The position numbers were made by a program, and so were the translations under genes. A DNA stretch of 64,000 bases from positions 1,736,001 through 1,800,000 of the forward strand of contig NW_025767479.1 of NCBI RefSeq assembly GCF_003918875.1, given 5' to 3'. The notes beneath the pieces were generated by a model. The model saw only the letters and a list, made by a program, of their open reading frames with translations, had not been told where the DNA came from and searched no databases. This document shows positions 38,904 through 51,729 of this stretch, piece after piece. The DNA is from Haliotis rubra (lineage: Eukaryota). Each line of letters begins with the position of its first letter. The first letter of the stretch is position 1.

Positions 38904-41515
38904 TATGATCAGCTATCTTAAAAGACATCACCATTCAATCTTGAAATAGATGCATGATCAAAATGAACACTTACTGTTCAAAACATTTTAGTTTCTAGTT
39001 TCTGTTTTGTTTAATGCACTAACGCGAGTGTAAAACTTGGAACTATGAAATAAACATAATTCAATGTTTCAGTCTTATTAACTTGGGTTACATATGTTTT
39101 GAGAACTTAAGGCGTAACGTCCCTTTAAAATCATGAGATAAGACATTTATCCATATAAAATCGCATTAACAGGCCTATTATCAGTCAAATAACACATCTA
39201 ATATTGCAGAATTATCTTATTTATATCATACAAAATGACGTCATATCAACTTTGTTCCTTGTTACAGTTTTCATTTCGCAATACTGTGGTCATCATAGTG
39301 ACATTGTGGAAATTGAATTTGATGTTGTTTCACGGCAGTTGTTCTGATATTACTTTGACGACACAAGTAGCATTGGGAGACAATCCTTGTTTCCATCAGA
39401 AAATAAACCTCAATATTGATTAACAAAGCATTTTCAACCCTTCCTTCCCTCGTGCTATATCCATGCAATTCATTCCATACCAACACACCTTACACTTTGA
39501 TATCTACAGTCATCTTCTGGTTTTAATTGAAAAAGGTTAACGTATTTACACATACAACTTCTAATTAGATCAGGCTTTATTGCTCATATTGTAATAAACC
39601 CTTGAGTAGGCAAGGTACTTAGTATTCTTGACCAGTTGGATGTAGGTTTACCAGATAACACTTGTATGCAACACATTCACAGGTTCCAACGGTTACAAGG
39701 GTCTTATGTAAAAGCTTTTAAGTAATGATGAACCCATTGCACTGAGTAGTTCAACTGTCCTCGTTTCAAAGTTGGTATCCATGTTAATTTGAAAAAAATC
39801 CTTCACATTTTTTAACTTGGACCGTGATACATTGACAAAGATGTCTATATATATCCTCATGAAATATTATAACCAACTCCATTAGAATGCACATATGTAT
39901 GAAAACAATAATTATCAATAAAAACGAAAATGAAATTGTCATTTTACCGGTGTCAAAATTGTCTTTGTGTGAAAAAATGTGTATTCAACTGTGATTAGCA
40001 TTTGCTTCCTATCTTCTTTCTAACAGACCTTTCAGATCAACTTAATGGATTGAAAATGCTGAAGTAGTTTAATTCATAGGGCTTTTCAAAAGTACATGCT
40101 CATCAGAGTTCGCGCAGAGCTGTTTTATGTATTCTACATGTACCACTCGAATGGATGAACAGTACCTAATTAACCCTTCTGAAGTTGCTTCTCTTAGTAC
40201 CAGAACGTCCGCTGCATAGCACCTTCAAACGCCTTAGGGACTTTCTCATTTTTGTTCCACATGATATAAGAGACTGATTATGGTAATCAGGATTACAGGA
40301 AAGAGGTAACAAGTAATAGAAATACAAAGTAACATATCATTAAAATGGAGTGTTATGTGAAATGCACATTAATATTTCACTACAATGAAGTGTTATCTGA
40401 AAAAGAATTATATCCCATAATAGATTTCGCTTAAAAATTGACCTGGATGATACAATTTGAAAACCCAAGCCATCAAAAGGATATGCTTTCATGATATGTT
40501 TGTCTGTCTGTCTGTCTGCCTCTCACGATGGAACAGTCATTTTTACACTTTTTATGCTCCAAAAGTTATCCATTTCGTCAGTTTATAAAATGCCTCTCTG
40601 CTTAAAATGGACAGGCTGGCTTAATCTGGAAAGGTTATGAAGGGCTTAAATTTCGCATCCCAATAACAAAATATGGTTGGACCTGAAGCCTTTCTTCCTT
40701 CTGACATACAAATATAATAGCATTATAATATGATACATGAACATAGATAAAAAGGTAATTCATCAACGCTTGTTACCCTGAAGTCACTAAGTGATAAACA
40801 CATTGATGAAAAATAAAAAATTGAATAAAGTGCCAATGTGAAATTACACTTTGACTGGTTTCACAAATTATAACATATTTCCTTATTAAGGATTTTGACA
40901 ACAGGTTCTTTTGTTTGTTTGTTTGTTAATACAGACCAAATCTGCATGATCCCAATGCATAACAAGTGTTCTTGATGGCTATGGTATGAGCACAAAATGA
41001 CATGTTTATCATTCAGACATGACTCCACAAACACGATAACAGTGAAAACAAACATCTTTTGTTACCATAACTAGATTTTCTGTGCGCAGAAGGATGCAGA
41101 AAAGAAGAAAGGTGTTTCGTGTAAAAAGGGATTATTATGAATAAACACTTCCTGGATCAAGTACATTACAACTGACTTGAACCTTGCCGATGACGACGTA
41201 GATCCAATGTTGACCACGAAGTCGTGCCAACCACGCATTGGTATACCTAACCTGCATATTCACCTGTTCGGGGGTTGACATCAGTGCAGGGGCAATCTAT
41301 TGTCTCATTCGATAAAGAAGAGATAACCTACTTGTCTCGCGAACACAGACCTAAGTACATCTCAAACACCATTTAAAGAATGGGAATTTACACCAGCACC
41401 CACTTTGCTTGTAACCTAAGCTCAAGTGTAGCCTTTTATTTGCATCCGGTAATGGGGAAAGTAAAATAAATAATCCTTATCAAAAGATGGTGCAGGTTGG
41501 TTTTCAGAGGCTAGT

Positions 41516-41521
41516 TATAAG
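41516..41521 (+). promoter_or_regulatory. Candidate TATA box of SP5
   Basis: TATAAG 180 bp upstream of the ATG at 41696; motif only. Confidence 0.3.
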
Positions 41522-41695
41522 GAGGAGCCGCTGTGTTGTCTTGTATCATCCCAATGGGGGTCAACATAGGAAATAGTTGTAATTCTTGTACGCGTATTTA
41601 AGTAACGTTATGAGGGAACACCAGCCTTTGATGCGCCATTCTTGTCTCGTATACTATTACGGAAGATGAGAAGAGGAATCAACATAACGGGTAAA

Positions 41696-44600
41696 ATGTG
41701 GACGAAATCTGCACTTTTACTTCTTATGCTATGTGCCACATTCCTGAAAACCGACTGTGCCAGTAAGTACTTGACCATTTTTAAATTGTATAAATGGCAT
41801 ATGCTGTTGCTATATTGATTATTTTTTAATGACATATTACAGCTGCCTTGTGAAGAAAGCTTTATTTCATATTTCTTTGCATCGTCATAATGCTGTGTCA
41901 TCATCTCAAGCTTAGGTGCAGAAGAGTCATGTCATCTTTATTTCTGATCTATAACCACATAATATTTAATAAACTTCTTTGTTCGGTATAGCCAACATAC
42001 ATGTTGAAGGAAAAGCATTATATACACAGGAGTACAATGTTTCTGCTCGAAATAGTATTTTATAAATAGGTGGCAAAGACATGTATTGTCAATATTTGAC
42101 CACAATAAGGAAATAGATTAATTGAATATATTTCACTTATTAAGTGATAATAGGATAAATAGTATTGGTGCATGAATGAACCGCTATTGCTTATTCTTGA
42201 TGTAAGTGGTATCTCAAATGTGGATGAATGCATTCTGTTAAGAGGTACAGTAACAGCTACATTCAAATTTCATTGTTACATAAAAACAACAAACAATTTT
42301 GCTTTTGGTGTATCTATAATCAGTCGAAATATTCGTTTTATAGCATTGTAGTCAACGTGCACGTCGAAAGATTTCAGCTGTTATTAAATGTTTCAGGATT
42401 TTAAGAAGAACATAAATATATATTCAGTTGTAATAACACATTGCTTTGTTTTTCATATAGTTCTGCTTTTTCAATTGTGGATATTTTCATAAGCAGAATG
42501 AATACTCAAAACAATCAGCTTTGTCAGAGAAAACAACATATTTCGCAAAAAGAGAAGAATTATCACCTTAACGGTAATTACATTTTAATACTAAGAAAAA
42601 CATTACCTCAGTGAAACAGAGTATAACATATCGTCGTCATATACCTATCCTTTCCCGTGTGCATGATGCATGTGATTGAAAGTCATGCATGACACCATGT
42701 TCATTGAAGTATCTTCATTACAAATGCATGGATTGCAAACGACATCATGAATTCTGTCGGATATAAGAAACGCTTTCACAAGTAAAATTGCTTTTCTCAG
42801 ACACTTATACACAGTAAATGATCGCTGGCATGATATAGATATGGAGGTTTTTGTGATATCAATGTTCACCGATATGTGATTCCTGCACTGTATGGTTTTA
42901 TTCCATAATATTACAGACCTATGTGACTTCTGTGATGTTTTTAAGCAGTGCGTAAGGTTCCCTGCCTGCAAACACTACTGGGACATATGCAAATGTGAAG
43001 GTATTTGAAGCTTTAAGTGCTAATATTACGCAAACACAATGCTGTTTCATAGCGCATGTCATATTCATTAATAAAGCTGCTTAAATTCAAAGCCTACAAT
43101 ATGTTCGCATGATTCATTCCTAGCCTCATATTGTATTTGTTTCGTGTAATTTGGAACTATAAAAATCTTTGTTCAGTTGTAATAATGATAAAGAAGTATA
43201 TGAAATGGTTTACATTACATTTAACAACCTATTACAAAGCATATTTTAATTTTAAGAAATGAATGTAAAAAAATATTGAATGTATCATGAAGTTACTTTT
43301 TGAACATTTCTAAGCTATTCCCCCAGACATCCAATGTGGCGTTGCTGAATCTCCCCCGATACCTCGGATATCCACCTACATCGTTGGTGGAAAGGACGTC
43401 GGCGATTGCGAGTTGCCATGGACCGTTGCATTGTTCATCAAGGGTTCCCTGCGTTGTGGCGGCGCCATCTTCGACGACCGGCACATCATCAGTGCAGCTC
43501 ATTGCCTCATGTTAGTGCAGCTACCTTAACTCGAGTGAAAGGGTGAATGAGAGGATATGTATGTTTTCAGGACACAAGTATCATTTGGGAATCAAAACTA
43601 TGCCAACATGGATAATTAAAGACGTGAGCCAAAGCTTAAGTCAGCAAGCTCGCTCACTATTCGTGAAATATAATGTAACAAATTATGATGTTCTACTGTT
43701 TGGTTCACGAGATAACCTCAATGTTGACGTTTTTTGTGAAAATACCTGTAAGAAATTATGATATACGCATGAAATATCAGCTGTTTGAATCACAAAGCTA
43801 CCTCGATGTTACAAATACAATGGACTCTTGAACAGTATAAACTGTTTGAATCCCCAAGCTACCGCGATCTTACAAATATTCTTGAAATGAGCAGTAACGC
43901 ATGAAGTATAAACTGTTTGAATCACAAAGCTACCTCGATCTTACAAATATTCTTGAAATGAGCAGTAACGCATGAAGTATAAACTGTTTGAATCACAAAG
44001 CTACCTCGATCTTACAAATATTCTTGAAATGAGCAGTAACGCATGAAGTATAAACTGTTTGAATCACAAAGCTACCTCGATCTTACAAATATTCTTGAAA
44101 TGAGCAGTAACGCATGAAGTATAAACTGTTTGAATCACAAAGCTACCTCGATCTTACAAATATTCTTGAAATGAGCAGTAACGCATGAAGTATAAACTGT
44201 TTGAATCACAAAGCTACCTCGATCTTACAAATATTCTTGAAATGAGCAGTAACGCATGAAGTATACACAGTTTGAATCACAAAGCTACCTCGATCTTACA
44301 AATATTGTAATGCATGAAGTACAAACAGTGTGAATCACCAAGCCACCTCGATCTTACACCTATTCTTGAAATATGCTGTAACAAATTATGTTAAACGCAT
44401 GAAGTATAAACTGTTTTAATCACCAAACTACCTCGATGTTACAAACCTTCGTGACATATGCTGAAATGCATCATGCTATACACATTATGCTATATAAACT
44501 TTTTTTAATGGGCAGTCAGGAGAACATTTCCTATGATACTGACAGACACATTTATATCGCTTGGTTCAACCAGGCATGTAACAATAATGTAGCAGCAATT

Positions 44601-47600
44601 GAAACTTGATTTATTAAGAATATATTACTTCATATCGAATCATATTGTTGATATTCAAGAACGGATATATATACCGAGAGAGATCTGTTATTTGTTTCCA
44701 GGGTATACACTAGATATGAATTATACATATATAATATTTACATGGTTTATCTTCAAAAAGGGGATTAACGAATCCGAAAGATGTGGTTGTGGGGCTTGGA
44801 TCCAAAGACAGACGTCGAACACGGAATGCTACAGTGTCAGCCTTCAGTAGGCACCCACAGCACCATTCAGGTGAGACATATCCTTCAATATTTCTTCATC
44901 GATATTTTTTACTACAAGGTTTATGTCTGTCAACACTGCAGGGACGTTACTGAATCTCGACATAGGAACGACCAATGCATTGTTCTTTGTTATAAACTGG
45001 TGTGTCACAGTTCATACTTCTCGAGTGGTTGGTATCTTCTCTACCAAAATATTTCTTCTGCTGGTTTATGTTTGAGAATATTCCCCTTTCCAAGTTGATT
45101 AGAATTAGGACATGCTTGAAAATGTGCCTTCCTGGAAAAGACTAGCCAAACACAGACAGTAGTCTTTCTAATAGACCTCTGAATGTATCCAATGAGTGTT
45201 AACATTACAAGCATTGCTACACCAGAATGAAAATATACATCCGAAACAGAAGTCGTGACTTTTAAATTTCCGGAACATATATACTAGTAAATCTGGAATG
45301 TCGAAGTTAGTTGTGTGCTTTATAATTAGCTCAAAACTTCATTTTTCATGTGAGCAATAACTATGATCTTTTCCAGATGTCAATGATATTGCTATTCTAA
45401 GACTGGAAGAACCCATCAAGTTTGATAAATGTATACGGCCTATTTGCCTTCCACCACAAGACCATCAGTACAAAGCGAATCAGACGTGCATTGTTGCTGG
45501 ATGGGGACTTACATCAGGTACGTGTCTTTCCAAGCCCGTAAACCCTGACAATCTGGGATAGAATATGGTTTTCAGCAACCCATGCCTGTTGTAAGAGGCG
45601 ACTATCGGTATCAAGTGGCTAGGCTAATTGACCCCACATGTCATCGAAATCCCTATTTTTTAATTTTTAAACATTTATTTCCGCACTCAGGAGACCTCAG
45701 GCCTATAGAACAAATACAATGACAATTGATCAGTTAGTAGAATTTTTAAGAATTGTATTTTTTCTGTATGTGGTAGCGTAATAGATATACTTAGATAACC
45801 TTTCTAAATGTACTTTGGTAGAATTGGTTAAAAGGGATATGAATTTGTAAATGTCAGGATGTACATAGTAGTAGCTCTTAATATACTTATTTCTCAACAT
45901 ATGATAGGTTGGACATATACAAAGAAAATGGTACTCGTCTTCAATTACATTCAGATTACACAGTTTACATATCCTATGTTCTTTTGTTAAGCCTAAATAC
46001 CTAGCAGATTCTATTAGTAAGTCATGAGATGAACAGCGGAATTGCGCAAGGCATATTCTGAATTTTCTTACGTTTACCACAGACAGATACTGTTCTTTGT
46101 TGATAGATTGTTTAATCAATTTATAGTAAAACATTTGCTAGAAAGAGATACGTTTGCACTCCAGTTTTGAATGTACATATCTTTAAGTCGTTGTTTAACA
46201 GATAGCAGGAATAACGAGTGAGATTTAATATGCTGTTCATACAATGCATTACCAAATCCAACAGAAAATAACAATTATTTTACGTTTGTAACCCAATTCC
46301 TTTTCCCATTTGTATCATAAATAATCATCATATTATAACATTTTTGCTTGGAGCCATACTCAATAATTTTAACCAATATTTGATAACTTTCACATTTGCT
46401 TCAATATATAAGGGGAATCTACCACACTCGCCATACACTGCTGAATTACATGTATTAATTTTACCCCAAGATATTTCTTACAAGCATACAAATGAACTTT
46501 TTTTATGGCATCGGAGGCTTTGATTCCCCTGATCTACGCGCCATACAAAATGATGGGGCATATTTTAGCATCAAAGATCTTGAAGAAAGAGTTGTATGAG
46601 AAGTCTCCAAGTGTTTTTATATATTTCATAATCCCTATTAAGATCTTTTTGCCTTGCAATGAGGCTTGAATTGCATGCATGGACTATGAAAGGTGGTTTG
46701 TATGTCATCGAAATCCCTATTGCTTAGGGGGCGATGGGGTAGCCTAGTGGTTAAAGCGTTAGCTTGTCACGCCGAAGACCCGGGTTCGATTCCCCACATG
46801 GGTACAATGTTCGAAGCCCATTTCTGGTGTCCCATGCCGTGATATTGCTGGAATATTGCTAAAAGCGGCGTTAAGCAATACTCATTCACTCCTATTGCGT
46901 AGATCGATACTCATGATGTTGATGACTGGATTGTCTGAACCAGACTTGATTATAGACCGCCGTCATGCAGCTGGAAAATGGCTGACTGCGGCTTAAAACA
47001 AAAACAACAAACAACATTCAAGCTCGTGATAGGAAGTGCATCTGGGAAAGCTTGTACTTCAACCGCAGAATCTGGCTGTGTGTAAATGGACATATTCTGG
47101 TGTTGTATAAAGTATCTTTTATTCAATATAAATAACACTAACAATTAATTTATTGTTGTTACCAAGCGAGAACTGAGATTATGAATGTTCCAACATGCGT
47201 GTTCATTGACTTCTATTGCCACAGCCAGATGTTTTCTTCGTAACGGCTGAAACGTGTCACACGGTGTTTCAGAGACGAGGCTGTTCCAGCCGTTCAAGCT
47301 GCAGAAGGTTAAGGTGCCGCTGGTGGATCTGGAGACGTGCCAGACAGCATACAACGTGTTGGACACACAACTCTGCGCAGGATACTTTGTCAAAGGAGGA
47401 AAAGATTCCTGTAATGTAAGTTGTTTGAGGTTTAGGTTCTAGAAATGTATGAGGGAGGGTTTTGTCAGAAACAGGTTCAGGGAAGAAGTCAGGATCATTC
47501 TGATGCTTTCATTTGTGGTGGGTAGCCCAGTGGTAAAAGCGTTCGCTCCTCACGCTGAAGATCCGGGTTCGATTCCCCACATGTGTACAATGTGTGAAGC

Positions 47601-47911
47601 CCATTTCCGGTGTCTCTGCCGTGATATTACTGGAATATTGCTAAAAGTGGCGTAAAACCATACTCACTCATTTGTGCATGGCGATAGTCAAGAAAATGTT
47701 TCCAACCGATCCACAAAAGATACTTCTTTTTCAGACTGATTCCGGAGGTCCTCTGATTTGCGACTATAATGACCGATGGACTCTGATTGGAGTTGTGTCA
47801 AGTGGTGTTGGATGTGCTAGGCCCATGCTTCCTGGAAAATATACAAGGGTGTCAAAATATATCTCTTGGATTAACTATGTAACATCAGTGAGGAAACCAT
47901 ATCACTACTGA
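41696..47911 (+). CDS. SP5: secreted trypsin-like serine protease (S1A) with 6-Cys N-terminal module; 7 exons, intact; Y|IVGG and TDSGG
   Basis: Exons: 41696-41762 [22 protein letters not shown]; 42917-43000 Cys module; 43327-43510 IQCG..ISTY|IVGG..SAAHC; 44761-44870; 45377-45517 VNDIAIL..PICLP..GWG; 47273-47415 ..KDSCN; 47735-47911 [13 protein letters not shown]..; AATAAA at 47938-47943. Confidence 0.92.
43772..44445. repeat. 71-bp tandem repeat in an SP5 intron
   Basis: taaactgtttgaatcacaaagctacctcgatcttacaaatattc.. with period 71, about 9 copies. Confidence 0.93.
45658..46701 (-). mobile_element. 5'-truncated non-LTR retrotransposon (LINE ORF2 C-terminus, RTE-X-like) with 20-bp TSD
   Basis: ORF 45730-46134 [28 protein letters not shown] (CCHC zinc motif); AATAAA plus A-rich tail; TSD atgtcatcgaaatccctatt at 45638-45657 and 46702-46721. 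Confidence 0.85.
46728..46890 (+). mobile_element. SINE family A nested in a family B element, 12-bp TSD
   Basis: TSD cctattgc(t/g)tag at 46716-46727 and 46891-46902. Confidence 0.9.
47514..47671 (+). mobile_element. SINE family A
   Basis: Matches consensus; last intron of SP5. Confidence 0.88.
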
Positions 47912-48012
47912 AGAAACGGACAGTGCTTGAATAATAGAATAAACATTTGCAATACCATTTTTATAAATGTTTATATTGCATTTTTTGTCACTATATGCCT
48001 TAAGCCATACCC

Positions 48013-49425
48013 ATGGGGTAAAGGATGTGGGTGTGGGTGTAGCCTGGGATGTGGGTGTGAGGTAGCCGGGGATGTGGGTGTGAGGTAGCCGGGGATGTGG
48101 GCGTGGCTGTAGCCTGGGAGGTGGGTGTGGGTGTAGCCTGGGGTGTGGGTGTGGGTGTAGCCTGGGGTGTGGGTGTGAGGTAGCCTGGGGTGTGGGTGTG
48201 GGTGTAGCCTGGGATGCCTGTGAAGTAGCCTGGGATGAGGGGTGTGGGTGTAGCCTGGGGTGTGTGGGTGTGTAGGGTGTGGGAGTGGGTGTAGCCTTGG
48301 ATGAGGTGAGGTAGCCTGGGGTGTTGGTGTAGCCTGGGGTGTGGGGTGTAGGTGTAGCCTTGGATGAGGGGTGTGGGGTAGCCTGGGGTGTGTGTGTGGG
48401 TGTAGCGGGGTTGTGGGTGTGAGATAGACTGGGATGTGGGTGTGAGGTAGCCTGGGATGTGGGGTGGGTGTGGGTGTAGCCTGGGTTGTGGGTGTGGTTG
48501 TAGCCTGGGATGAGGGTGTGAGGTAGTCTGGGTGTGTGGGTGTGGGTGTAGTCTTGGATGTGGGTGTGGGTGTAGTCTGGGATTTGGGTGTGGGCGTAAC
48601 CTGGGATGAGGGTGTGAGGTAGTCTGGGGGTGTGGGTGTGGGTGTAGCCTGGGTTGAGGGTGTGAGGTAGTCTGGGGGTGTGGGTGTGGGTGTAGTCTTG
48701 GATGTGGGTGTGAAGTAGCCTGGGATGTGGGTCTGGGTGTAGCCTGGGATGTGGGGTAGCCTGGGGTGTAGGGGTAGCCTGAGGTGTGGGGGTAGCCTGG
48801 GATGTGGGGTAGCCTGGGGTGTAGGGGTAGCCTGGGATATGGGTGAGGGTGTAGCCTGTGATGTTGATGTGGGGGTAGCCTGGGGTGTGGGGGTAGCCTG
48901 AGGTGTGGGGGTAGCCTGGGATGCGGGTGTTGGTGTAGCCTGTGATGTTGATGTGGGGGTAGCCTGGGGTGTGGGTGTTGGTGTAGCCTGTGATGTTGAT
49001 GTTGGGGTAGCCTGGGGTGTGGGTGTTGGTGTAGCCTGTGATGTTGATGTGGGGGTAGCCTGGGGTGTGGGTGTTGGTGTAGCCTGTGATGTTGATGTGG
49101 GGGTAGCCTGGGATGTGTTGGTGTTGGTGTAGCCTGTGATGTTGATGTGGGGGTAGCCTGGGGTGTGGGTGTTGGTGTAGCCTGTGATGTTGATGTGGGG
49201 GTAGCCTGGGATGTGGGTGTTGGTGTAGCCTGTGATGTTGATGTGGGGGTAGCCTGTGGGTTGTGGGTGTTGGTGTAGCCTGTGATGTTGATGTGGGGTA
49301 GCCTGGGATGTGGGTGTGTAGCCTGTAGCCTGGGGTGTGGGGGTAGCCTGAGGTGTTGGTGTGGGTGTAGCCTGGGATGTTGATGTGGGGTAGGGGGTGT
49401 GGGTGTAGCCTGGAATGTGGACCAT
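48013..49425. repeat. G/T-rich strand-asymmetric low-complexity array (gtagcctggg..gtgggtgtgg)
   Basis: About 1.4 kb, begins about 70 bp after the SP5 AATAAA. Confidence 0.93.
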
Positions 49426-51729
49426 GGGATAGTCTTGGATGGGAATATGGACTGGGATTGGGATGGGGAAGTGGTTGGTCTGTTGTCTATTGGCTGAAAA
49501 ATGAAAGATTTGTTGGAAGGAATATATAAAAAAACAAACACATATTAACATGAAATACATCCTGAAATGTAGAAAAAAGCGTCTACCAACTTTTCGTGCT
49601 ATGTTACAAAAATGTCATTGAAAGAACTGTTTTTAATTTTGGATTTAATATTTTCTGTTCAACCATCCCTCGTTCCTGCTCGGCATAGTTTTCGTATTGA
49701 ATCGAATTTTGCAATACTCAATCCCTACCATGTGTAAATTTGTGCAAACAAGACATTTGATTCTATTTTAAAGTTTTTTTTAAAAAGATATAAATCCCTA
49801 CAGAAGAATTCATTGGATGCTGTCTAAGCGTCTACACAGCTCTTTGTTTGGATATGTACATGTAGAAACACGGTTTAGAATATAGGCAGAAGGTTTAGGA
49901 AATTAACAAGGAGTTAAGTGGAAGCGGTTGTGGAATTGTGTAATATTCATAACAGTTTATCTAAAGTTTTTATCGGTAGTGTATTTAATGCAAATTCCTA
50001 ACATAAACACTTATCTTTAGATGAAGGCTTTTACTGACAGAATGTTGTGATTACACGATTTACCTGGAATGTTATACCACCGTNNNNNNNNNNNNNNNNN
50101 NNNNNNNNNNNNNNNNNNNNNNNNNNNNNNNNNNNNNNNNNNNNNNNNNNNNNNNNNNNNNNNNNNNNNNNNNNNNNNNNNNNNNNNNNNNNNNNNNNNN
50201 NNNNNNNNNNNNNNNNNNNNNNNNNNNNNNNNNNNNNNNNNNNNNNNNNNNNNNNNNNNNNNNNNNNNCACGGTCACGCGCGCGCACATGTCAGATATAT
50301 GACACAGACGCATATATGCACGTAATATAAAATGAAGACAGTCAGACTCTCACCTATACACACACTGACGCATGCACACTTAAAACGCGTGAATGCTGAC
50401 ACACACATAAGTGCTGACACACAATACACAGATACACACATACATTGTTCCCAAAAGAGTCGTATTATTTTAGGCTCCGATTCCATAAATTCCCAATTTC
50501 GAATTAAAATTGTCCCAATTTCTGTTTTATTGACTTGCCTTTGTATGTGTGTGTGATGTGCGTCGCAGGTGGGACATGATATGCTCACCATTTCTCAGGT
50601 CCGAATCGTCCAATGGTGATTTCTCAGGAATATGATATTAATCTGTTTTAATAGTCAAAACTTCAGCTTTGTAGAGCTGGCTCGTATTTCGTCGATAAAC
50701 AGACAAACAGGAAAGATACCCACATAAGTAGGGATTCTAGAAACGAAACAAAAGGAAACAAAATGCAATACTCACTCACTCGACTAGTACACTATCACCT
50801 GTGCTAACACATTTAAATGTACATCTACATAAAAGCGATAAAAAGATTGTGTTTGATGTTTGTTTCGTGAAATGGTCACAATTGTAAAATGAAGAAGTTG
50901 TTTGATCAAGGTTACAAACATTCAAGTCCTCAGTAAAGCTTTCAAGAAGTTTATGGTAGACATGTTTAGGAATTTTCCAAATTTGATGCATCAGTGACAA
51001 AATGATGTCCGATGCAATTCCCTATTTTGACTTATACCATACCTTTCCAAATTATTTCAGGTGAACAATTGACTTAGCATGTGTTTATGACGGGTACCAT
51101 CGGTGGAGCAGAATACGGTCACCTTTTCGCGAACACCTGGTAGCATCACTATTTCATAGTGATTCATAAACACATGCTCTGTTGTATCGCATTGTGACAA
51201 TCACTGGATTGTTTGGTCCAGACACGATTTGGTTTCAAATAACATTGTACAGCTGTAATACTGCTGAAACAAATATATATTCATGATATAGTCACAATTG
51301 TACAATCGACTCTGCTTTTAGCAGACATTTCTTAATGGATGTGGAAAAGGTTCTGTCGCCTCTGTTCATTATACCTCAATTAATACTATCGTCCAGTCAC
51401 AGTGATAAACATCCATTTTCGTTTGAAGTCGCTTCAGCAGTGAAATATTTCGATAGTGACTTCATCCATTGGTGACATCAAAACAGACAAACATCCTGTT
51501 GTTTATCGAGCGCACACCTGTTTGACCTTCATGTGGCTCGCCTATTGTAGTAATACATTTGTCCTGGTCCATCTTCACGTCCTTGATTACAAACTGTTGT
51601 CAAACGAAGTATCAAGTAATCGTTGTTCAATGGTAGATATGATCATCGTTATTTTCAACAACGTCTTGCTTTATATATTTCTGAATAAAACCGTGTGGTG
51701 AATTAGCTTTCTTCATTTGAAATCGAGTC

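Larger units (their letters stand above)
45534..47010 (+). mobile_element. SINE-like family B split by LINE and SINE A insertions
   Basis: Head at 45534-45657, remainder at 46891-47010. Confidence 0.75.

Noticed and set aside
47971-49560. 529-aa and 513-aa Pro/Thr/His-rich ORFs (mucin- or shell-protein-like)
   Set aside because: Two frames are open at once because the C/A-rich strand of a low-complexity array lacks stop codons. The translation flips between repeat phases, and there is no convincing gene structure.
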